Part shown: positions 1 through 8,165 of the stretch, in pieces
Layout of the letters: each line of letters starts with the position of its first letter
How positions within the stretch are numbered: position 1 is the stretch's first letter
DNA from: Aureliella sp.
GTDB taxonomy: Bacteria; Planctomycetota; Planctomycetia; Pirellulales; Pirellulaceae
NCBI GenBank assembly: GCA_963691875.1
Contig: OY829846.1
Coordinates: 4,576,001 to 4,640,000, forward strand
Direction of reading: 5' to 3'
DNA: 64,000 nt
The notes under the pieces: model-generated
Database searches by the model: none
Told to the model about the DNA's origin: nothing
What the model saw: the letters and a program-made list of their open reading frames with translations, nothing else
Translations under genes and position numbers: made by a program

Positions 1-1
1 C

Positions 2-379
2 AATCCACTTGGTGCCGCCGCTGCGCTAGCCACGTTGGAGGTGTTTGAAGAAGAAAAGACTCTCGATCGAGTGCAGGAACTCAGCGGGATGTTCCGTGAA
101 TTGCTCCGACCTTTGGCCGAGCATCCGCACGTGGGCGATGTACGGACTCGAGGACTGATCGCAGCCGTAGAGTTGGTTCAGGACAAGCAATCTAAGGCCG
201 GCTATCCGTGGTCGGATCGCAAAGGCTATGAGTTGTGCGATGCGTCGATGGGGAAGGGGGTTTGGTTGCGACCGATTGGAAATGTAGTCATTGCCATGCC
301 GCCACTGTGTAGCGATGAAGTCCACTTGCAGCAGCTGGTCGAAGCACTCCAGTTTGGGCTTCAGCAAGTAAGTTGGTAG
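2..379 (+). CDS. bioA: adenosylmethionine-8-amino-7-oxononanoate aminotransferase (class III PLP aminotransferase), C-terminal part, truncated at window start
   Basis: The frame is open from nt 2: NPLGAAAALATL...HPHVGDVRTRGLIAAVEL...GVWLRPIGNVVIAMPPL, the typical BioA C-terminus. Confidence 0.8.
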   Translation, partial: NPLGAAAALATLEVFEEEKTLDRVQELSGMFRELLRPLAEHPHVGDVRTRGLIAAVELVQDKQSKAGYPWSDRKGYELCDASMGKGVWLRPIGNVVIAMPPLCSDEVHLQQLVEALQFGLQQVSW

Positions 380-484
380 CGTGCTTCCGAACGCCGCTGA
401 TCGTCTATTGATGGTGGTGTTCGCCGAACATCGCCCGCTCCTCCTGATCTACCTCACGAACGTGACGCGAACAGAGTTTCATGC

Positions 485-952
485 CTACTTGGCTCGCGAC
501 TGTTCTAGCTGAAGAGCAGCAGGCATGGGAGCCTCGCCCGCAGGTAGCGGTTGAGGCTGCATGACGGAATTCATGGCTGGTGCTGGAACCGCTTTTTCTG
601 ACTTGGTGTTTGGCCGAGCTCCGGTCTGCAGGACCTCCCATGGCTTTGGTGCAAAATAACGCGTGTATCGTGGTGGTGCGTTCCAGACGGTATAGCTGCC
701 AGCTCGGACGTTCTCTGACCACACTATTGCTTCTTGACTACTTGGAGCAATCTTCGACGCAACCCAGCCGGGCCAAAAGCGAGGCCGGTTGTAGCTCTTG
801 CGATATTCTGGTGGCAGGTGATCAGCCCAATAAGGAAGGATGTCCGGGCGTGGATCACGAGTCTTGTTGAAAGTCGGTCGCTCACCTGCGAGGCAAGTGG
901 TGGAGGTCAGCAAGACTAGAAGTGTAGCTACGGAGAGTAGTTGCTTGAGCAT
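485..952 (-). CDS. hypothetical secreted protein (Pro/Trp/Tyr/Arg-rich)
   Basis: ATG at 952 gives a signal peptide, MLKQLLSVATLLVLLTSTTCLAG. No family recognised. Confidence 0.65.
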   Translation of the reverse strand: MLKQLLSVATLLVLLTSTTCLAGERPTFNKTRDPRPDILPYWADHLPPEYRKSYNRPRFWPGWVASKIAPSSQEAIVWSENVRAGSYTVWNAPPRYTRYFAPKPWEVLQTGARPNTKSEKAVPAPAMNSVMQPQPLPAGEAPMPAALQLEQSRAK

Positions 953-1310
953 GGCGATTCCGTCCGCGGTAATTTGATGACGTGTGCAAGAGTATCCGTA
1001 CTTGTCGGTCGTCGCACCTTGTTTCGCTTTCATTCGGCCTGTTTGCCCCAGCGATGAATTCAGAATGTTATCTGGACAACGGAATTGCTTGCAGTAGATC
1101 GATATCGAAGTGTGATGCGGATTATTCAGGCTTAATACGCTGGCTCGGTTCTGTTTTTAACGGTCGACGCTCTCATAAGAATGCTAAACTCTAACAATTA
1201 TCGGCTTAGAGCCGGCGTGTGTGGACAGTTGAATGACCGCTCCATTCTGCAGTGCCAGCTATGAATACTCGACGCCGATCGAGAATAGGTGAGAATGATT
1301 GATTGAAATA

Positions 1311-2537
1311 ATGAATAAGCTGTTGCCTACCAGTTTTGTTTTCCAGGTTCTGTTCCTGACCGGGCTTGCTCAGGCTCAGCCACCGGGCTCGCCTTTCACG
1401 AGCTACGCCGAACTCCGGAATCGTCTGGTTCAGGATGTCTTGGTACCGGGTGGAGTGCAGGATGAGCGAGTGCTGTCAGCGATTCGCAACACCCCTCGCC
1501 ACGAATTTGTACCACTCAATTTTCGCAATCAGGCCTACTTCGATCGTGCGCTTCCGATTGGTGCCGCTCAGACGATCAGCAGTCCCTTCATCGTTGCCAT
1601 GATGACTCAGGAGCTGGATACCGAAGGAGAGCATAAAGTGCTTGAGATTGGCACCGGTAGCGGATATCAGGCAGCCGTACTGAGTCCCTTGGTCAAAGAG
1701 GTTTACTCCATCGAGATCGTACCTGAGCTGGGTAGAAGTGCTCGGCGGGTGCTCAGTTCGCTTGGCTACAAGAACATCACGACCAAGATCGGCGATGGCT
1801 TCAAGGGATGGCAAGAGCACGCCCCCTTTGATCGCATCATTGTGACGTGTAGTCCGGAAGATGTGCCCAAACCGCTTGTGGATCAACTGGTCGAAGGTGG
1901 TTTGATGGTTGTTCCAGTCGGAGAGCGATTCCAGCAAACGCTCTACTTGATGCGGAAGAAAGGCGGCAAGCTGGAGCGCGAAGCCTTGCGCCCGACCCTT
2001 TTCGTACCGATGACAGGCACCGCAGAGGACAATCGAAAAGTCATCGCTGATCCGGCGAATCCAGTGCTTATGAACGGGGATTTCGAAAGGGATCCACCGA
2101 AGAACGGCTTTATGGATGGTTGGTACTACCAGCGTCAATTAACTTGGAAAAAAGAGGAAAGCCCGAGTGGCAAGGCTCACGTGGAATTCGAAAATGACGT
2201 GGCAGGTCGACCAGCGAATCTGCTTCAAGGCGTTGCTCTGGATGGACGTGAGGTTCCACGCATTGAGCTCTCGGCAATGGTTAAGCTCGAGTCAGTGCGA
2301 CCCGGCTTGAGTCGCGACGAGCTGCCAGCGGTGACGATTCGCTTTTTCGATGAGCAACGTAGTCTGCTGGGCACGCACTTCATCGGTCCGTTTTTTGGAA
2401 CTCGAGACTGGAAAGAAGAAAAGCGAGTTTTTCGTGTTCCCAATGCTTCACGTTTTGCCATTGTATCAATTGGTCTTCTAGGCGGCGTGGGAACAGCCAG
2501 CTTTGACGCTGTAAAGCTCCAGCCCGCGAAGCGTTAG
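1311..2537 (+). CDS. pcm: protein-L-isoaspartate(D-aspartate) O-methyltransferase with N-terminal signal peptide and C-terminal CBM4/9-like domain
   Basis: Motifs PRHEFVP, QTISSPFIVA, VLEIGTGSGYQAA, GDGFKGW.EHAPFDRII and LFVPM, followed by an extra ~150 aa starting NPVLMNGDFE. Confidence 0.88.
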   Translation: MNKLLPTSFVFQVLFLTGLAQAQPPGSPFTSYAELRNRLVQDVLVPGGVQDERVLSAIRNTPRHEFVPLNFRNQAYFDRALPIGAAQTISSPFIVAMMTQELDTEGEHKVLEIGTGSGYQAAVLSPLVKEVYSIEIVPELGRSARRVLSSLGYKNITTKIGDGFKGWQEHAPFDRIIVTCSPEDVPKPLVDQLVEGGLMVVPVGERFQQTLYLMRKKGGKLEREALRPTLFVPMTGTAEDNRKVIADPANPVLMNGDFERDPPKNGFMDGWYYQRQLTWKKEESPSGKAHVEFENDVAGRPANLLQGVALDGREVPRIELSAMVKLESVRPGLSRDELPAVTIRFFDEQRSLLGTHFIGPFFGTRDWKEEKRVFRVPNASRFAIVSIGLLGGVGTASFDAVKLQPAKR

Positions 2538-2715
2538 ACGGTTCTGGAAGTTGCTTATTCAGCCTGTTTTGGCAGGCCTACCTTGTCGTTAAAAACCGCC
2601 TAATCTGCTTGATCGGCCATGCCAAGTGGATATGCTATCGATTTAGGGGATCGAGCCTTCTCCCTGCAAGGATGCATATCCAAAGGTGTCTGTGAAGTTT
2701 CAGGAGAAAATCAGC

Positions 2716-3774
2716 ATGAAGTTTCAAGCAAACTATTTATGGGGCGCTGCCTTAGCGGTGCTCATTACACCAGCGGCTGATCTGCAAGCTGGCTGGCGTC
2801 ATTTGCACGGTGGTTCCAGCGGCAGCTATGCCAGCCACGGTAGCAGCGGAGTGAGCTACAACTCCTCCGGGCACGGTTCGTCCGGCTACAGTTCCTATTC
2901 GGTTTCCTACGGCAGTAGCGGCTATTCCGCGTCCAGTGGCAGCTGGGGATCATCTGGAGCAAGCAGCGGATATCCAGTTCTGTTTCCTCGCATTCGTCAT
3001 CATTTTGCGATGAAGCGAGCTCGTCGCGCGGCCTACTACGCAAGTAGTGGTGGCTCCAGTGGTTACACCACTTCCTATTCGTCAAGCGGCGGAAGTTCGG
3101 GAGTTTCATATCACAGCAATTACGGGAGCTCCGGCGCAGCGGTAAGTTATGCTCCAGCAACCGTCAGCTACGGCAGCTCTGGAAATGTTGGTGTTACGAG
3201 CCCGAATTCGTACTACGGAAGCAAGCCTGCTCCATTAGCTGTTCAATCGCTAGCCTCAAATGCAGCTGGCGATACCGTCTATTTGAATGTTGCGGTGCCA
3301 AGTGAAACAAAAGTATTCGTCAACGGTAAGCAAACGACCAGCAAGGGCACGCTTCGCCAGTTTGTGAGTCATGGCCTGACCGCTGGTAAGACCTACACTT
3401 TCAAAATTCGAGCTGAGTTGGCTTCTGCTGATGGCGGAAACTTGGTCGAGACGAAGGACGTCGTGGTTCACGCGGGCAGTTCCGAAAGCATTGCCTTTGA
3501 TTTTGATAACTCGAACGAGTCGATCGAAACCGCATTAACCTTGAATGTTCCTGAGGGAGCCAAGGTGACTCTGGCTGGTAACAACACCAAAGCCATCGGC
3601 GATGTTCGGACCTACCGAACAAGCAACATGAAAGTTGGAGAAGTCTGGGATGACTACGAAGTGCAAGTTGCCTTTGATGGGCAAGTCAAGAAGCAAGCGA
3701 TTCGTTTGATTGCAGGCGACAATCTTGAGTTGACCTTCAGCTTCGATCAGCCAGATAAGTTGGCGGCTCGTTAA
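2716..3774 (+). CDS. TIGR03000 domain-containing protein (two copies) with Ser/Gly/Tyr low-complexity N-terminus
   Basis: AGGAG upstream of ATG 2716 and a signal peptide. Two repeats: LNVAVP..TKVFVNGK.T.S.G..R.F.S..L..GK.Y and LTLNVPEGAKVTLAG..T...G.VR.Y.T. Confidence 0.8.
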   Translation: MKFQANYLWGAALAVLITPAADLQAGWRHLHGGSSGSYASHGSSGVSYNSSGHGSSGYSSYSVSYGSSGYSASSGSWGSSGASSGYPVLFPRIRHHFAMKRARRAAYYASSGGSSGYTTSYSSSGGSSGVSYHSNYGSSGAAVSYAPATVSYGSSGNVGVTSPNSYYGSKPAPLAVQSLASNAAGDTVYLNVAVPSETKVFVNGKQTTSKGTLRQFVSHGLTAGKTYTFKIRAELASADGGNLVETKDVVVHAGSSESIAFDFDNSNESIETALTLNVPEGAKVTLAGNNTKAIGDVRTYRTSNMKVGEVWDDYEVQVAFDGQVKKQAIRLIAGDNLELTFSFDQPDKLAAR

Positions 3775-3819
3775 GAATTGCATCCTGCGGTTTTTTCGCG
3801 GGCCCAAAGCAAAAGACTC

Positions 3820-3854
3820 AAACCCTCGCCGGCTTTCGCTGGCGAGGGTTTTTT
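3820..3854 (+). terminator. intrinsic terminator
   Basis: AAACCCTCGCC...GGCGAGGGTTT stem followed by a T tract, downstream of the TIGR03000 gene. Confidence 0.8.
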
Positions 3855-3953
3855 CGTGTCTAGATTTCTTGATGTCCCTACTCTCGCCGAGTTGTTCCTC
3901 GGGTATCATGACCGACTTTAAAGGTTCTGGTTTCTATCGAGCTAATTGCTGTC

Positions 3954-4688
3954 TTGAATCCAAAGTCATCTAAGTCGAAACATCCGGAGCTAGAAAACGC
4001 GAGTCAACGGTTGGGAGTAACGCTGGGCCGCAAGTGGCGCGTCGCGCTTTCGTTGCTTATCGCTTTGCATCTGCTGGCAGTTACTGCAGAGCCGTTTCGG
4101 TTCTTCTCGCGAAGTTCAAGAGGTACTTCGCCTGCAGCAGATCCAGGGCGGGAGTTGCTCGCTCCCTATGTCGAATTCGCCTATTTGAGCCATGGCTATT
4201 TCTTCTTCGCGCCCGAGCCAGGGCCGAGCCACTTGATCGAATGTCGATTGCAAGACGCGCAAGGTCAGCAACTAAGCTTGCGCTATCCCGATCGCCAGGC
4301 TCAATGGCCGCGCCTGCTTTATCATCGTCACTTCATGCTCACCGAGAACTTGCATCAGATTTGGGCACCGCCGGTGGATCTGCGGGTGTTCGAAGAGGAT
4401 GAAGCGCTCGGGCGGCAATGGCGAGCGGATCGCAAGCGGTATGAAAAGGTTCGCGACTCGATGACCAACTATGTAGCTGCGACGTTTGGCGTTGAAGAAG
4501 TAGAGCTGGATCGAGTGGAGCATCGTCTGCCGAGCGGTGAAGAAGTGCTTGAACGCGATCCTCCTTTGAAGCTCGATGATCCTTCGCTGTATCTCGTCTT
4601 ACCCGACTCGGAGTTGCCAGAAGCCAGGACGCCTCCAGTCGCCGGCCCTGAGTCCAATGACAGCCAGCGAGGAAAGCCGGGACAATAA
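3954..4688 (+). CDS. membrane-anchored protein, DUF5819/SdpA-like
   Basis: One N-terminal TM helix and a GYFFFAPEP motif. Its stop overlaps the start of the HTTM gene (TAATG). The start codon is uncertain. Confidence 0.6.
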   Translation: MNPKSSKSKHPELENASQRLGVTLGRKWRVALSLLIALHLLAVTAEPFRFFSRSSRGTSPAADPGRELLAPYVEFAYLSHGYFFFAPEPGPSHLIECRLQDAQGQQLSLRYPDRQAQWPRLLYHRHFMLTENLHQIWAPPVDLRVFEEDEALGRQWRADRKRYEKVRDSMTNYVAATFGVEEVELDRVEHRLPSGEEVLERDPPLKLDDPSLYLVLPDSELPEARTPPVAGPESNDSQRGKPGQ

Positions 4689-5629
4689 TGCAAGCGATCA
4701 CAGCGGAGCTGAAGATTTGGTGGCAGCAAGTGTCTGATGGATGGAACCAATTTTGGTTTCGCCCAGCCCAGCCTCATTCTCTGGCAGTCATACGGGTTGG
4801 CTGTGGGTTGATGTTGGCCTATGTGCATTTGATCTGGCTGCTTAGGCAAGCTGACTTCTTGGGGCCGAATGCCTGGATCGATCGCGGCACCAGCCAGATG
4901 CTTCACCAGAATGATTGGGCTTGGAGTTGGTTGTGGTACACCGACAATCCTTGGCTCACCGGTTTGCATGAATCATTGGCTTTAGTTGCCGCCTTGATGA
5001 TGGCGGCTGGATTGTTCACCCGAATCGTAGTGCCAGTCGTTTGGTTTTTAACGCTGATGACCTGCCATCGTTTGACCTTTGCACTCTTCGGCCTCGACCA
5101 AATCACGATGATGCTCGCCATGTACCTCATGATTGCTGATTCGGGAGCGGTGTGGAGTATTGATAGTCGCCTTCATCGCGGTGAGAGCAGCGGCAAGTGG
5201 TGGCAGCCGGTTTCTAGATTGAGCACGCGCAACAACCTCGCCACTCGGCTTATTCAAGTGCACTTGTGTGTGATCTATCTCTTTGGTGGACTCGGAAAAA
5301 TGCGCGGCGAGATGTGGTATGAAGGCAGTGCGCTCTGGTTCACGCTCGTCAATTACGAGTACCAGTCGATGGATTTGACGTGGCTTGGCAAGTCGCCATG
5401 GTTGATTGCTATGTTGAGCGCTGGCACGATCTTCTGGGAGACATTCTACTGTGCTCTCGTCTGGCCTAAGCTGACCCGTCCGCTTGCTTTGGGGATGGCA
5501 TTTTTCGTCCACGCAGGCATTGCCCTTGGTCTGGGCATGATCACCTTTGGCCTCATCATGATTCTCGCCAACTTCGCCTTTATCGACCCCAGGTGGTTTC
5601 AGAATGTGACTGGTCAAAGGCAAGGCTAG
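4688..5629 (+). CDS. HTTM domain-containing membrane protein (SdpB / vitamin K-dependent gamma-carboxylase-like)
   Basis: WNQFWF, LAVIRVGCG, WSID and RLIQVHLCVIYLFGGLGKMRGEMWYEGSA motifs, plus FVHAGIAL..GM..F and multiple TM helices. Confidence 0.8.
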   Translation: MQAITAELKIWWQQVSDGWNQFWFRPAQPHSLAVIRVGCGLMLAYVHLIWLLRQADFLGPNAWIDRGTSQMLHQNDWAWSWLWYTDNPWLTGLHESLALVAALMMAAGLFTRIVVPVVWFLTLMTCHRLTFALFGLDQITMMLAMYLMIADSGAVWSIDSRLHRGESSGKWWQPVSRLSTRNNLATRLIQVHLCVIYLFGGLGKMRGEMWYEGSALWFTLVNYEYQSMDLTWLGKSPWLIAMLSAGTIFWETFYCALVWPKLTRPLALGMAFFVHAGIALGLGMITFGLIMILANFAFIDPRWFQNVTGQRQG

Positions 5630-5678
5630 AGAACTGTCTTGCGTTGTGAGGTTTCTCAGGTGGTAGGAAAGACGCCAC

Positions 5679-5711
5679 AAAAAAATGCAAAGCCGATCGG
5701 CTTTGCATTTT
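5679..5711. terminator. bidirectional intrinsic terminator
   Basis: Perfect 30-bp palindrome AAAATGCAAAGCCGATCGGCTTTGCATTTT between convergent genes. The longer T tract is on the minus strand. Confidence 0.8.
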
Positions 5712-5760
5712 GCGTAGTTTGAGAGAGCATTTGCTGGGTTTCTCCAGCAAGTATGTTCTT

Positions 5761-6648
5761 CTAGATTCGGCGACGCCGGAAGCGAAGGAGTCCGAGGCTC
5801 AGTGCTAAGCACGCAGACAGACTCGATGGCTCGGGTACGAAATTGAGGTTGTCTACAGCAACGTACAGCGGAGTGTTGATGCCAAAAGTGCCCACATCCG
5901 TGGAGGAGTAGGTCAAACCCACGGAGTGTGCACCGGCCAAGGCGCTGAGGTCTACGGTGCGCCACGTGTTCAGGATATAATCTTGGCTGTTGTCTGCAAA
6001 CCGGTAGTCAGCCAGATCAACCGTTACCGAGCCGATTGCTGATCCGCTTCCTGTAGCTCCGCCGGTAGCGTCGAAGGCAGTAAAGGTGACTTGAAACAAA
6101 TCTGGATCGTTGCCGCTGGTTCCGCCAAACTGCTTGGCAAACTGATCGCCATTCAGCATCGAGAGATAGCCGTAGGTTCCGTTGGTAACATCGATAGACT
6201 TTAGTGCGAGTCCTGGGGTGACGTTGAAGTACGCCCCGTGGCCAAATGACATCCCATAGGTGCCACTGTCATCGAATCCGCCAGCGCCGTTCGAACCGCC
6301 TCCGGGGCTGGCTGCGTATTGGTTGCCAGAACCTGCAGTCGTGCTATCCGCAACGCTTGACCAGCTCCAGCCACTCCAGTAGTCGCCGCCGTCAAATTGA
6401 GTGTAGTTGTTATTGAACTCGAATCCTTCGACGCTCCATAGCTGCTGGTACTGAGTTCCCCAGTTAGAAGTTTGTTCGCCGGTTACGCGATAGTTACCTC
6501 TGTACGCATCATTGCCAGGGCGATTGTTACCGTTGTAGAAACGACTTGCGGGGGTCGGTAAGCCTTCAAAGTCGACTACCATTTCGGCTTGTGCATTCCG
6601 GGCACTGCCTAGAATCGTGAGGATGCCGAGCATCCATGAAAGTTGCAT
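5761..6648 (-). CDS. DUF4465 domain-containing PEP-CTERM surface protein (putative cobalamin-binding)
   Basis: Signal peptide ending AQA. DUF4465-type motifs WSGWSWS, NQYAA, TNGTY..LSMLNGD.FAK.FGG, DLADYRF, W..VDLS.L and NTP.Y.A.DN. C-terminal VPEP + TM helix + RRRR. Confidence 0.8.
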   Translation of the reverse strand: MQLSWMLGILTILGSARNAQAEMVVDFEGLPTPASRFYNGNNRPGNDAYRGNYRVTGEQTSNWGTQYQQLWSVEGFEFNNNYTQFDGGDYWSGWSWSSVADSTTAGSGNQYAASPGGGSNGAGGFDDSGTYGMSFGHGAYFNVTPGLALKSIDVTNGTYGYLSMLNGDQFAKQFGGTSGNDPDLFQVTFTAFDATGGATGSGSAIGSVTVDLADYRFADNSQDYILNTWRTVDLSALAGAHSVGLTYSSTDVGTFGINTPLYVAVDNLNFVPEPSSLSACLALSLGLLRFRRRRI

Positions 6649-6708
6649 TTTCAAGGAAAAATCTCCAAGGAGTGATGTCAAGTTGTGTTTCTATCCAAAT
6701 TCTTGCTT

Positions 6709-7524
6709 CTAGAACTCTTCTCCCGAAACGGCTTCTCCGCCGCGTCGAGTGATTAGAGCGCCGAGAACTTGATGGTCGATATTGTTCGTTAGAAAGTGGA
6801 CGTGTCCGTCTGCAAATAGTGCCATTGCGCCACCGGGATGCTGGCTGCGGATTTCATTGTCGCCAATCCATGCGTCGGGATCGTTTACGCCGCCGACCTG
6901 AACGAAAACATTGCGGCCGTTGATCCATTCGCTGTCGGGACCACCGATGTCTTCAGCGACTGCCATGGTGGTGGACAATCCATCTCGTAGATCTTCCCAG
7001 TCAAGTTTTACGTCGTACAAGAAAACCCCGTCGTCAGGATTGCGTGTACGAATACGTTCACCGTAGAGACCGCCGTAATCTGTTTTGCCACGCTCCGATT
7101 CATTTTCTGGAGCAGAGGGGCAAACGAAGATTGAGATCTCTGTTGCGGCAGCTTCTCGATTGTCTGGATGGTCGAAAGGCTTCTGGAAATCGATACTGTC
7201 GAAGAGGTTTTGCTGCTCTAGGTGCGGCAGGATGAAAGCTGACCAAGCAAATTGACGTCTCGTCGTTGGCCCGCCGAAAGGTCGCCATTCCAGGCAGCCG
7301 ATGGGCAAGCGTTTCTTGGCTTCGTGAAAGCCGTGGATGCCGAGGCCGATCTGTTTCAAGTTGTTTTGGCACTGCGTGCGTCGGGCCGCTTCACGCGCTG
7401 CTTGGACTGCAGGCAGCAATAGCCCCATGAGAATTCCGATAATGGAAATGACGACCAGCAGTTCTACTAAGGTGAATGCTGCATGTATCTTTTGAAGAGA
7501 CTTCGGGCGCAGTTTCTTGCGCAT
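6709..7524 (-). CDS. DUF1559 prepilin-type protein (planctomycete PulG-like)
   Basis: [52 protein letters not shown], and an H-X9-DG motif (SQHPGGAMALFADG). Confidence 0.9.
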   Translation of the reverse strand: MRKKLRPKSLQKIHAAFTLVELLVVISIIGILMGLLLPAVQAAREAARRTQCQNNLKQIGLGIHGFHEAKKRLPIGCLEWRPFGGPTTRRQFAWSAFILPHLEQQNLFDSIDFQKPFDHPDNREAAATEISIFVCPSAPENESERGKTDYGGLYGERIRTRNPDDGVFLYDVKLDWEDLRDGLSTTMAVAEDIGGPDSEWINGRNVFVQVGGVNDPDAWIGDNEIRSQHPGGAMALFADGHVHFLTNNIDHQVLGALITRRGGEAVSGEEF

Positions 7525-7621
7525 GACGTACCTCGTGACAGTTAACGGACTTGGGGAAAAACCAGTCGAAAACGAATCAACTACTGGAGAAAGCCCTTTT
7601 CCGGAGAGCAAAATCCATCTC

Positions 7622-7823
7622 TTCGAGGTAGGTCTTCTGACTTGCTACCAACGCTTCCAATCGCCTTCTCGCCACAGGTGCAATACCTTGCGGCAATGGC
7701 CTTCAAAGAAGAAGGAAACGACCAATCTTCCGATTGGGGCAGCTTACAGCGGCCGGTCCGTCCCGGATTTTCACCGGGTTCCCTGTTCACACAGCAGGAG
7801 AAAACTCACTGCGTCACCTCGAA
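7622..7823 (-). ncRNA. cobalamin riboswitch
   Basis: Minus strand reads TTCGAGGTG...AACAGGGAACCCGGTGAAAATCCGGGACGGACCGGCCGCTGTAA...GCCATTG...GAGAAGGCG...AAGTCAGAAGACCTACCTCGAA. This has the conserved core, the B12 box and P1 pairing (TTCGAGGT/ACCTCGAA). Confidence 0.93.
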
Positions 7824-8165
7824 CAAACGCAAAGCATACCAGCTATGCCGCTCTTGTCAATGAAAACAGTTTTGTCCTCGTTCTGCTCGTTGCCCAATTG
7901 GCGTCAAGGAAAGAGTGAAAGCCAATCTCAGGCATTGAATCTCAGGCGACGACTTAGGCTTGCGCAATGGGTAGATTACGAATATTCGTGGTGCTGTCGA
8001 CGCATTGCTGTACCTCTTTTGGTGCTCATGGGTTAGATTCCAGCTGTTATCGCTGGGCCAGTGCCGCGACAGTCAAGGAACACTGAAACGGTTAATATCT
8101 TGGTCAACGCATGCATGCCAGAGCGCGAACAGGGTACAGAATCCTTTGCTACAAGAGAGACCGAC

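Noticed and set aside
5048..5965. 305-aa minus-strand ORF
   Set aside because: It overlaps the HTTM gene antisense and the DUF4465 gene out of frame, crosses a terminator, and has no recognisable motifs.
7517..8036. Several short ORFs (7517-7918, 7581-7790, 7642-7863, 7734-8036)
   Set aside because: They overlap the cobalamin riboswitch and the divergent promoter region and are likely spurious.
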